This document shows, in pieces, positions 38,249 through 46,493 of a stretch of 64,000 nucleotides of DNA. The notes beneath the pieces were generated by a model that did not search any database, was not told the origin of the DNA, and saw only the letters and a list, made by a program, of their open reading frames with translations. A program made the position numbers and the translations under genes. The first letter of the stretch is position 1. The number at the start of each line of letters is the position of its first letter. The DNA is from an uncultured Verrucomicrobiae bacterium (lineage in GTDB: Bacteria > Verrucomicrobiota > Verrucomicrobiia > Limisphaerales > Palsa-1400), in assembly GCA_963764165.1 (NCBI GenBank), contig CAVXRD010000002.1, positions 32,001 through 96,000 on the forward strand. Reading direction: 5' to 3'.

Positions 38249-39057
38249 GGCGAATTGGTCTCCGTGAAGTTGGCGGCTTCGGTGCTTAGTTTGAAAAGGG
38301 AGCCGTAATTGGAAATGCTTTCCGTAAATTCGGCCTGCTGCTCCTCGCTTTCCGCTTTGATCTGCTTGTCCCGGTCGTTCTGATTTTCAACGTGCTGCAC
38401 TAAGGCGAGACCGACGGCTTGATCAGCCTCCTTGTCGGTCGCCGCCAGTGCGCCGTTTAGACCAGTCAAAACGCCCTGCAACTTCTGCACTTCCGCATCG
38501 GTCGTGGCCGACTGCAATTGCTGGGTGGTGGTGGCGATCTGCGCTTTTAAAGTGGCTCGACGCTGCTGCACGTCGGCATATACGTTCGTATAATTTTGCG
38601 TGGCTCCATCAATGGCCGCGTTGGGTCGATAATAATTGGTGTCCCGCGTGACCTGCGTCCCGGAAGGAGTCGTGAAATTTTGCCCCACGTTGTGATACAA
38701 CCCGTTGCCGTTGTTGTTCAAAGCCTCGTTCCCATCGGCGGAGACTTGAATGGTCACCATCGACTGGCCGACGGTGGGATGATTCAAATCGGCCACCAAG
38801 CCAGGCACGCCTGTGACTGAGACCACGGCGGCGGGGTTTCCGAAAGCGGCGTTATACTGCTGCAATTGCTGCAACTGCGAAGTCAGCGTGTTGATCTGCT
38901 GGACTTGGTTGTTGATCATCTCGACGTATTTGGCGACGTTCTGAGCCTGGTCGATGATCTGCTGGGTGTTCATCGTGGGATCGTAAACCACCCACTGCGC
39001 TTGCGCCTGAATTGCCGAAAGCAGGATTAGAAATGGGGTTAGCTTTTTCATGTTCAT
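38245..39057 (-). CDS. trbJ: TrbJ/VirB5-like (DUF4141-type) protein
   Basis: Signal peptide AQA-QWVVYDP and Gln-rich helices. Confidence 0.8.
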   Translation of the reverse strand: MNMKKLTPFLILLSAIQAQAQWVVYDPTMNTQQIIDQAQNVAKYVEMINNQVQQINTLTSQLQQLQQYNAAFGNPAAVVSVTGVPGLVADLNHPTVGQSMVTIQVSADGNEALNNNGNGLYHNVGQNFTTPSGTQVTRDTNYYRPNAAIDGATQNYTNVYADVQQRRATLKAQIATTTQQLQSATTDAEVQKLQGVLTGLNGALAATDKEADQAVGLALVQHVENQNDRDKQIKAESEEQQAEFTESISNYGSLFKLSTEAANFTETNSP

Positions 39058-39470
39058 TCCTCAATACGGAGATATTTAGTGGTCGGATTGAGCACCGCGC
39101 CATCAATCGTTTGCTCGGGAACCGGAATGGCATAAAGGCGAACACTGGGATCGACCGGTGGGGTTTGCTGCTGTTTGACTTGCAGCCAGTATTGTTGCTT
39201 CACCGCATCACTGCGGCCTTTTTCGTAGCCAGTCTGAAACGATTTGCTTTGCTCCTTGCGGGCCAGATATTGGCCGCCTTCGCTTAAGAGCACCCCGCCG
39301 GCCGCCCCTGCCACCGCGCCGACTGGACTGCCGCCGGATAATTCATATCCGGCATAGGCGCCTCCAGCTCCCAGCGCGGTGTCGGTGATGGGACGACTCG
39401 CGGCGCAACCCGACAAAAGCAGGACGGCGGCGGGAATGGAAACGAGAATCAGAATTTCGGAGTTTTTCAT
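39054..39470 (-). CDS. Glycine-zipper lipoprotein (TraV/VirB7-like position)
   Basis: Lipobox LSGC; GAGGAYAG...GAVAGAAGG; ATG 39470 overlaps the virB4 stop. Confidence 0.7.
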   Translation of the reverse strand: MKNSEILILVSIPAAVLLLSGCAASRPITDTALGAGGAYAGYELSGGSPVGAVAGAAGGVLLSEGGQYLARKEQSKSFQTGYEKGRSDAVKQQYWLQVKQQQTPPVDPSVRLYAIPVPEQTIDGAVLNPTTKYLRIEE

Positions 39471-42190
39471 ACGTTCGTGGTCACTTCGGTGGAATGTTCG
39501 ATGATGCCTTCGATGACATTGGCGCTCCCCCGCAACTGGCGGGCGCGCTTCTCGAAGTGCTCCCCGCTGGAACTGCTGCAATAAAGCATCTCCGGCGAAG
39601 AAACATTCTGGACGGTCCCGCAAATCGGGCGATGGGCGTCCAAGTGCAAATAGGTAAAGGCGCTGAACTTTTGGCCGACCTGATGGTCGGGCAGCGGATA
39701 ATTCATGATCGTGTGCTGGGTCACATCGGGCAGCGCGATGTCATGGGCCATATCTTCCAAGTCGGCCCGGTCGCTCTGGCGCATCAGGAAAAATTGACGG
39801 CTATTGCCAAAGACGGCGGAGCGAATACGCGACTGTTTGAATCGGCTGTATTGCTGGACGATGGAAATATTCCAGCAATTGAATTTGCGAAGCTGCGCGT
39901 AACTTTCCCGCACAATTTCCTCGCCGCCCGGAATATCGAGGAAACGAGCCACTTCCTCATAGACGTTGCGTTTCCGTAACGCACGCGGAAGCGTGATGAT
40001 ATGCTTCCGCGCGTCGTTGGTGATGAGGAAACCTGCTGCGGCTTTCAGCTCCTTGGCGGAATCAGGCACGTAACCCAACTCGAAGTGAGCAATTTTTCCG
40101 GTAATCGAAAGATTGCTGACTCCGTCAAACAAACACCCGTAATTGCCTTCGCGGCACCAGGGCAAAAGCAGCGTGGCGATTTCGATGATTTGGTCGCGTT
40201 CCGCGCCCGAAGCATCGAGATACATCAATTCCTGCAACATGCGATGGGTCGGATATTCGGCAGGTTGAAAATAGGCGAAGGCCAAATTGCGCACGTCGCG
40301 GGCCGTGTTCGGCTCTTTGGAGAATTTTAATATTTCCGCTTCGTCAAACCGATGGAGATAAGCCTGCGCTTCGTCAGAATGAGAACTCTGCCAGTCCCGA
40401 AAATCAGCAAATGCTTCCAAGGCAGTCGCGCCGGGTGGCAGTTTTTCATGCCGGTAATAAGACAATGCGCAGGCGTGGCGGGCGATGGCCGGCATTTGAT
40501 CGGCATGAGTGCGAGACCAATCCGTGAATACATCTTCGTAGAGGAGATTCAGGTATTTTGAAATCTGCGCCTGGCGCAACATCTGTTTGTCCTCATGCTG
40601 GCTGGTGCCAACCATGCGCGATACCAGCGCGGTAGCCGAGGCCAGATGATCGGGAGTCAGGGGCAATCGCTTGGTGTCGAGGTAATTGATCGTCAAGTCA
40701 CCGTCCGGCTGAATGATGATCGGTTTCGCCCCCGGCTCGACCGTTTGCGTGTAGATGCCATAGGACAAACCTTCTTCGATAATGACGGTGTAAGCGAAAT
40801 ACCCCTCTGTTTGACTCAAAAGGTCGCAGACATTCACGGACTTGCCGGTGCCGCTCATGCCCAGCAGCACCGCGTGTTGCGGGGAACTGTTTCCATTCGT
40901 TCCCGCAAAAGTTTTTATGCCGACAAGATTGTGGTCTGAACCTTCGTAAAGAGCTTCGGCGGATTCCAAATGTCCGGTGAAGGTCGCGCTGAAAGGAAGC
41001 ATGTCGGCCAGATAGCGATTCTCCGCGTAGAGCTTGCGCGCGTCGTACTTGCCCCAAGTCCAGCCGGGCCACGTCTGGAAGAACAATCGCCGCGAGCTGC
41101 TTGGCAATGCGCTCTCGTGATATTGTGCGCCATTCATCGAATTGATGGCGTTCTTGATCGCGCTGGTTTTGGCGCATAACCCTTCCTTGGTTTGATCCCA
41201 GGCGCGGACCACAAACAAAACTTTGAACGGCAGCGTGTGCCCCTGCATCAAGGCCGCGATTTTCTTCTGCTTCTTCTCCATGACAGTGACGAGCGAGAGC
41301 TTTTTCTCACTGGCGTAATCGCCCGCGATGCGGTCGTGTTGACGCTCCTCTTTGTCGATTTCCTCACGCACAGGCAGCGGTTCCACATTGACCGTCACGG
41401 TGAAATCTAAGAGCCGAAGGCCCGTCAACCGGTGAATCAAACCGGGATGCGTCATCTTGGGCCAACGGGTGAGGACGATGAGCGAGTGGTAGTGGCCGTC
41501 CATCCAAAATCCAAAATCGGATTGCCCGTTTCCCTCGCTGTGCCAGCAATTCTCCTGAATGGAAAGGTCCGCGTCGAACGTTTCGAGCGGGTCGTAATCG
41601 AACCGAAGGCCCAGCGAGGGATTAAGAAAAGTGGTGTAGTGCCGGTAATGCTCGGCGGCGGTCATGGGCAAAATTCTCGCGCCTTGGCCGGAGAAGATGC
41701 CGCAGAGAGTTTCATGAACCTGGGTGAATTCCGAATCCAATTGATCGAGCAACGTTTGGTAATATTCCGACAACCCTTTTTCCGAGAGGGTCCCCTTCGG
41801 GGAACTGTCAATGGCGCGGGAGATATAAAGGACCAGGCGTTGCCGCCGCAGTTTGCGTTCCGTCATCAAGTTCCAATACCGGGTGAACCGCTCATTGCGA
41901 GTGCGTTGCGTCCAGACGTTGTTCATCTTCTCGGTCTCGGTCTGATACCGAGACAGTTCATTGCGGTAGTCGGAATCGCAGTAGTACTGCACTTGCAGCC
42001 GTTGCCGGTCATGCAACGACGCCAGTAGAAGCGAGATTTGATCTTGGAATTCGTTCAGTTCCGAAATCTGCGCATTGTGCAAATCCGGCGGCTGCACGAT
42101 GAACCCTTTGGAGACATAACCTCCTTGCCGCAGGCCGTTGAACACAATCAGGTCGCGGATAAAGAAACCGTTGGGCGCATTTTCAAACAT
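39467..42190 (-). CDS. virB4: VirB4-like T4SS ATPase
   Basis: Walker A GMSGTGKS, Walker B VYEE, LRKFN...IVQQ; about 900 aa. Confidence 0.88.
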   Translation of the reverse strand: MFENAPNGFFIRDLIVFNGLRQGGYVSKGFIVQPPDLHNAQISELNEFQDQISLLLASLHDRQRLQVQYYCDSDYRNELSRYQTETEKMNNVWTQRTRNERFTRYWNLMTERKLRRQRLVLYISRAIDSSPKGTLSEKGLSEYYQTLLDQLDSEFTQVHETLCGIFSGQGARILPMTAAEHYRHYTTFLNPSLGLRFDYDPLETFDADLSIQENCWHSEGNGQSDFGFWMDGHYHSLIVLTRWPKMTHPGLIHRLTGLRLLDFTVTVNVEPLPVREEIDKEERQHDRIAGDYASEKKLSLVTVMEKKQKKIAALMQGHTLPFKVLFVVRAWDQTKEGLCAKTSAIKNAINSMNGAQYHESALPSSSRRLFFQTWPGWTWGKYDARKLYAENRYLADMLPFSATFTGHLESAEALYEGSDHNLVGIKTFAGTNGNSSPQHAVLLGMSGTGKSVNVCDLLSQTEGYFAYTVIIEEGLSYGIYTQTVEPGAKPIIIQPDGDLTINYLDTKRLPLTPDHLASATALVSRMVGTSQHEDKQMLRQAQISKYLNLLYEDVFTDWSRTHADQMPAIARHACALSYYRHEKLPPGATALEAFADFRDWQSSHSDEAQAYLHRFDEAEILKFSKEPNTARDVRNLAFAYFQPAEYPTHRMLQELMYLDASGAERDQIIEIATLLLPWCREGNYGCLFDGVSNLSITGKIAHFELGYVPDSAKELKAAAGFLITNDARKHIITLPRALRKRNVYEEVARFLDIPGGEEIVRESYAQLRKFNCWNISIVQQYSRFKQSRIRSAVFGNSRQFFLMRQSDRADLEDMAHDIALPDVTQHTIMNYPLPDHQVGQKFSAFTYLHLDAHRPICGTVQNVSSPEMLYCSSSSGEHFEKRARQLRGSANVIEGIIEHSTEVTTNV

Positions 42191-42527
42191 GATGAGATTC
42201 CTTGAGAGGATGAACGGGCGAGACGGTTTCCGGTGTGAAACCACTCCCGCTCATCCAATAGTCGAAGCAGTCCACGTCGTACCCGGGCGGCTTTCCCTGG
42301 CGGAAGCCAAAGACGTAACCGAACGTAAGCGCGAGAGGAATGGCCGCGATGGATGAAGCCAGCAGAATGTTCAGCCGCAGGGCGCTGAATAAGAGCAGCA
42401 GAATAATCACCGAAATGAATGAGCCTCCCGCCACATACCAAAACAGATTGCCATCCAGCCCCCACGTCTTCCCTTCGGAATCGTCGGCGCTGTTGGTTTC
42501 CGTGAATCTGAGTTCCTGCGATTTCAT
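42183..42527 (-). CDS. VirB3-like membrane protein
   Basis: Two TMs followed by GKPPGY; lies between the pilin and virB4. Confidence 0.65.
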   Translation of the reverse strand: MKSQELRFTETNSADDSEGKTWGLDGNLFWYVAGGSFISVIILLLLFSALRLNILLASSIAAIPLALTFGYVFGFRQGKPPGYDVDCFDYWMSGSGFTPETVSPVHPLKESHHV

Positions 42528-42817
42528 TGGAACGTGCCCACATCGACGGTGGAGTTTCCGTTGCCGAAAGCTGTGAACAGAGCCTTCACGATGACCGGCG
42601 CACCCGCGATGATGAGGCCGCCGATGATGGAGAGTTTGCCGGCGTCGGTGTCCCCGCGCCGGATGGCGAATCCCCCGCCAATGACGCAGAGCGTGCCGAA
42701 CAGGAATCCAATGAGCATGACGATGCCCAAGGCCGATGACGCGCCCGAGGACAAGCTGCCTGTAGAGGCAGCTTGCGCCAGGAGCGGTGCGAATCTTGCG
42801 ATAGCTAATGTTTTCAT
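42524..42817 (-). CDS. VirB2/TrbC-like pilin
   Basis: Short leader and two hydrophobic helices separated by RRGDTDAGK; first gene of the tra operon. Confidence 0.72.
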   Translation of the reverse strand: MKTLAIARFAPLLAQAASTGSLSSGASSALGIVMLIGFLFGTLCVIGGGFAIRRGDTDAGKLSIIGGLIIAGAPVIVKALFTAFGNGNSTVDVGTFQ

Positions 42818-42853
42818 AACGTCGCTCATCCTAGCGAAAGTTTGCAGGGGGTC

Positions 42854-42872
42854 TGTTCAGACTTCTGAACAA
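42854..42872. promoter_or_regulatory. ICE operator copy 2 (TGTTCAG-ACTT-CTGAACAA)
   Basis: In the divergent pilin/AAA intergenic region; leftward -10 TAGGAT at 42833-42828. Confidence 0.75.
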
Positions 42873-42903
42873 CATTCAACTTTTTTTCGGCTTCAATGGA
42901 GGC

Positions 42904-43821
42904 ATGAATAATATTCTCGAATCGAAGCCGGATTCCCTCGGAAAACTCCAATCTCTTGAAGCCCATCTGCGGGAGCGGATTCGCGGGCAAGACCACGTTT
43001 TGCCGCGAATCATTTCTGTCCTCCAACGCGGTGAGTTAGGGCTGACCAAATCGGAGCGGCCCAAGGGAAGTTTTCTTTTCCTTGGGCCTACAGGCGTGGG
43101 AAAAACAGAAGTAACACTGGCGTTTACAAGTTTCCTCCTGAGCAGTCAGCACGTTTTTCGTTTTGACATGTCCGAGTATCAAACACAGGACCGTTTGCCG
43201 CTCCTGCTGGGAAATTCGCAGAGTGAACCGGGAATGCTTTCGGCGGCTTATTCCCGCTTCCAAGTTGGAACATTATTGTTCGATGAAATCGAGAAGGCCC
43301 ACCCCCGTGTGCTTGACCTTGCCCTGCAAATGCTCGATGCGGCCCGCATCACCATCGCCACAGGTGAAACGCTTGACTTGAGCGGTTACTACATCGTCTT
43401 CACGTCAAATATAGGCTCTGCCGATTTGCTCAATCTTCAACACTCCAGCGCCGCGACGATGGAGCGGCATGTGTTGACGCGAGCGCAACAATCGTTGCGC
43501 CCAGAAATCTACGCTCGCATCACTGAAAAATTGGTTTTCCACCGGCTCAGTTACGATCACCAATTGGAAATTGCGCGGCTCATGTTGGAAAAGGAGTTGA
43601 AGTTTTTGCGGCAGAAGGGCTGTTGTCTGGAAGCGGATGCGTCCGTTCTTCCGTTTCTGGTGCGGCAGGGATTCCATCCAAAGCTCGGCGCTCGCCCCAT
43701 GCGTGATGCTGTTGAAAAATATGTCGGCGATGCTGTCGCCACCGATTTACTAACCGATGGGAGCGGCTCTGGCCGTATCAGCGTGGACCAATCCGCTCGA
43801 TGTCTCGTGGTTCGGCAATGA
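42904..43821 (+). CDS. Stand-alone ClpA/B D2-type AAA+ ATPase
   Basis: IRGQDH, RPKGSFLFLGPTGVGKTE, FDMSEYQ, LLFDEIEKAHP, FTSN, GARPMR. No N-domain or D1 module. Confidence 0.9.
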   Translation: MNNILESKPDSLGKLQSLEAHLRERIRGQDHVLPRIISVLQRGELGLTKSERPKGSFLFLGPTGVGKTEVTLAFTSFLLSSQHVFRFDMSEYQTQDRLPLLLGNSQSEPGMLSAAYSRFQVGTLLFDEIEKAHPRVLDLALQMLDAARITIATGETLDLSGYYIVFTSNIGSADLLNLQHSSAATMERHVLTRAQQSLRPEIYARITEKLVFHRLSYDHQLEIARLMLEKELKFLRQKGCCLEADASVLPFLVRQGFHPKLGARPMRDAVEKYVGDAVATDLLTDGSGSGRISVDQSARCLVVRQ

Positions 43822-43824
43822 TAT

Positions 43825-43999
43825 TGCGCTGATTGGCGGTTTGCGGACGCGTGAGTGGAACACGCCAAAAGGGGAAAGGGTTGGCTTCGTGGAACGGCGC
43901 GTCCGCAAACCGCCAATGAGCGCACACCAAACTCTGTGCGGCTCACTTTTGTCTCTCGCCTTCGGGAAGGGCAAGAGGGCGGAAGGCGAGAGTCAAAAG
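43825..43999. other. Multi-hairpin structured element
   Basis: 20-bp perfect IR at 43832-43851/43898-43917 (27 bp with one mismatch); second IR CTTTTG.CTCTCGCCTTC/GAAGGCGAGAG.CAAAAG at 43946-43999. Confidence 0.75.
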
Positions 44000-44011
44000 C
44001 AGCCTCCAAGA

Positions 44012-44413
44012 CTACGCCAGCAACAGGTACATGTGCTTTTCACCAGCATCGGTCTCAGGTGAATAGCCCGCTTTGTCACCTTGTTCTTTGCACCACCGGA
44101 ATATTGCGTTCCTCAGTTTGGTGTCGGCGGGCAATTCCATCACCAATTTCTCGGTGTGCTGACTGCCATTTGGCCGAGCCTTAATGTCCACGGCAAGAAT
44201 TTTAACAGCCCCAGCGGCGTATAATTCCTTCACAATTTCGAGAGATTGTTTTGTCCCTTTGAATGGGCCGAGGGTTCGTTGTCGTGCCGCCTGGCTCTCA
44301 TTGAGCCAGCGTTCCGCTTCAGCTTTATGGGACGAACGCAATAGCCTTTCGATAAGATGTAGATGATCGCTGCTGCCGGGCTGTACGCCACTCAAAATGG
44401 ATTCGGAATTCAT
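44012..44413 (-). CDS. Hypothetical protein
   Basis: Globular-looking ORF (EAERWL...VKELYAAGAVKILAV...ELPAD); preceded by an ICE operator. Start set at MNSES. Confidence 0.7.
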   Translation of the reverse strand: MNSESILSGVQPGSSDHLHLIERLLRSSHKAEAERWLNESQAARQRTLGPFKGTKQSLEIVKELYAAGAVKILAVDIKARPNGSQHTEKLVMELPADTKLRNAIFRWCKEQGDKAGYSPETDAGEKHMYLLLA

Positions 44414-44468
44414 TATGCCTTCAAAATTTGCAAATTGCGTGATCACACTATAGCCCAAGAATAATTAC

Positions 44469-44490
44469 GTTGTTCAGCTACCTGAACAAC
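44469..44490. promoter_or_regulatory. ICE operator copy 3 (GTTGTTCAG-CTAC-CTGAACAAC)
   Basis: 21 bp identical to copy 1; leftward TATAGT/TAGTGT -10 candidates at 44452-44445. Confidence 0.75.
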
Positions 44491-44573
44491 CCCTCCAAGC
44501 CTGACGCCACGCGTTCCTGCACGATTGTCAACGATTCAATATCTCGGTCAGAAAAACAGCACATTGCTGTTCC

Positions 44574-45290
44574 TCATTTCGATAATCTGAGCCGAAAAAA
44601 CATTGCGTTGGTTGAGATGGGAAAAGTTGCTCGTCCTCCCGAAAACGGACCAGCAAACGGTTTCCAACTGGTTTCGCTGAGGTTCGACTTGGATTCGACA
44701 AATACATTGCCGTCTGCCCCGAACCACAGTGCCTGCATCGTCCCATTAGTTTGGCCGGTCTGAAGCGATACGACGAATGGCCCGGATCGCCATCCGACCG
44801 GTCCAACAAACATTGAAGGATTTGATTGGACTGTTCCTGCATTTACAAAGCCTGCCGACGTGCCCAAAAGGCCGGTCAACATTTCAACACCCGGCGGGTA
44901 ATCCACGGCGAACATGACCTCCTGCGTCTTGGAGGATGAAATATACATTTCGGGGAAAGAATCGGACGCGTATAAATTCCAGAAGCATGAGTTTGTATCG
45001 CTCTGGAAAAAATCATAGCTCCAAAACCCCGCTGAGTAAAACATTGCTGGCTGACTCAGTGAATAAATGTTGGAGATGGTAAAAGCGTCTATCTGGTCGT
45101 TTGTCGTGTCATTCTCGATTTCGACAGCTACGACCGTAAAATTCGATCCAAAGTAAAGCGGCGCTTGGCCCTCCATTTGAAACGATTGGGCGTCTGCCGA
45201 ACATTCGAGACGCCAAAGAACAAATGCGAGTCCTATGCAACCAAACCAAAACCTTGCGCCAAAAAGTCGCTGTAAAAAGCTTGGTCGCAC
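44574..45290 (-). CDS. Secreted protein with C-terminal 'S.NL...W...FFRL' domain
   Basis: Signal-like N-terminus; ends VESKSNLSETSWKPF...TNAMFFRLRLSK. Confidence 0.6.
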   Translation of the reverse strand: MRPSFLQRLFGARFWFGCIGLAFVLWRLECSADAQSFQMEGQAPLYFGSNFTVVAVEIENDTTNDQIDAFTISNIYSLSQPAMFYSAGFWSYDFFQSDTNSCFWNLYASDSFPEMYISSSKTQEVMFAVDYPPGVEMLTGLLGTSAGFVNAGTVQSNPSMFVGPVGWRSGPFVVSLQTGQTNGTMQALWFGADGNVFVESKSNLSETSWKPFAGPFSGGRATFPISTNAMFFRLRLSK

Positions 45291-45307
45291 TTCAGCCCTT
45301 CAGGATT

Positions 45308-45811
45308 TTAGCGAACCGGCCTAAGCAACGGTGGCCCCGGCCTCACGACTTGGATGGGACGCCGAACTGGCGATAAGGCAGGCCGGAACACCGGCTGCTT
45401 TTGAGTGCCAATTACAGTGGGACCGGAATTTTCAGGATTGGTGACCTCTCCGACAGGCACAGAGTTTGTCGTGGTGGGAGGCGGGGTCGAACCACCTCCT
45501 CCAGCGATGATGACCGACGACGGCGAAAATTGAACGGGTGAAATGATATTGGTATTGATGACGGGCGGCGCAACCGTAATCGGACCCACAGTAGGAGCAG
45601 AGCCGCCCACAATAATCACCTGAGATGAAGGTGTCAAAACTGGAGGTGCCACCTCGGTCGGGTCACTCGTCACTGTGGTTAATTCCGAATCGTCACCTAC
45701 CACAACTTGGGCACGAACCGCACCGGCTGCAACCAAGGACAGTGTCGAGGCAAGCAACAGCGTTTTGAATTTCATCGTTATGAGGATATGTTTATTTTTC
45801 ATTTCGTTCAA
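45308..45811 (-). CDS. Secreted Pro/Val/Thr-rich low-complexity protein
   Basis: Signal MKFKTLLLASTLSLVAAGAVRA; start uncertain. Confidence 0.55.
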   Translation of the reverse strand: MNEMKNKHILITMKFKTLLLASTLSLVAAGAVRAQVVVGDDSELTTVTSDPTEVAPPVLTPSSQVIIVGGSAPTVGPITVAPPVINTNIISPVQFSPSSVIIAGGGGSTPPPTTTNSVPVGEVTNPENSGPTVIGTQKQPVFRPALSPVRRPIQVVRPGPPLLRPVR

Positions 45812-46280
45812 TGGATTTTTGTTTGTTAATTTTCACGTTTTGGGCTGGAGGAATTTGTTGACCACCCTCAAGAACCAACTGGGTAAAGTTCAGGTTTGCG
45901 GTCAAATTGGTGCTGCTGAGCGGATGGCTCAACCGAAAAACAAAATTAAATGAGGCAACCTGATTAGGGTTAAGCGCAAGCTGCTCTTTGTTGCCTCCGA
46001 TCACCCATCGGCTTCCTTGACTGACCATTGAGCCATTCTCATCCAAGAGAAACAACGAAGCACGCGCGGATTCAATTTTCACCTTAAAGGAGTTTGTCAT
46101 ATTTAATCTCACAACAACCTTCTGACCGGTGACGGAAGGTGCCTCAACCCCTACTGCGAGTTGTGCGGTACAGGTTTGACCGAAATGTAGAGCAAGGAAC
46201 AAACTGAGAATCTTCGCTATTCTCGTTTTATTCAACAGAATCGGCCGAAAGTGCAACATCAATGAGCTAATTAAATTCAT
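45792..46280 (-). CDS. Secreted small beta-sandwich protein
   Basis: Signal-like segment then VVVRLNMTNSF..IESARASLFL; co-oriented with the Rhs operon. Confidence 0.6.
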   Translation of the reverse strand: MNLISSLMLHFRPILLNKTRIAKILSLFLALHFGQTCTAQLAVGVEAPSVTGQKVVVRLNMTNSFKVKIESARASLFLLDENGSMVSQGSRWVIGGNKEQLALNPNQVASFNFVFRLSHPLSSTNLTANLNFTQLVLEGGQQIPPAQNVKINKQKSIERNEK

Positions 46281-46283
46281 TTT

Positions 46284-46493
46284 TTATTGATTTTGGACAT
46301 CGACAATGCGGCTTGGATCAAATGGTATATCCTCGCTCGTCCCGACTTTCACAATTTCTTTTGCCCACGCGATGAATACATCACGAATTCTGGTGCCGTC
46401 CTCCAAGACGACAATGACGCGGTTAACGCCATATTTGTATTCGGGAAACGTGGCTACTTTGTCCTGTAATTCTCTTGGCAATTCGCGGTTCAT
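46284..46493 (-). CDS. Putative cognate immunity protein
   Basis: 69 aa, cytoplasmic; its ATG overlaps the Rhs stop (TAATG). Confidence 0.7.
   Translation of the reverse strand: MNRELPRELQDKVATFPEYKYGVNRVIVVLEDGTRIRDVFIAWAKEIVKVGTSEDIPFDPSRIVDVQNQ

Noticed and set aside
42904..43821. ClpV of a type VI secretion system serving the Rhs
   Set aside because: It has only one AAA module with no N-domain, there are no T6SS genes in the window, and the Rhs has a Sec-type signal.
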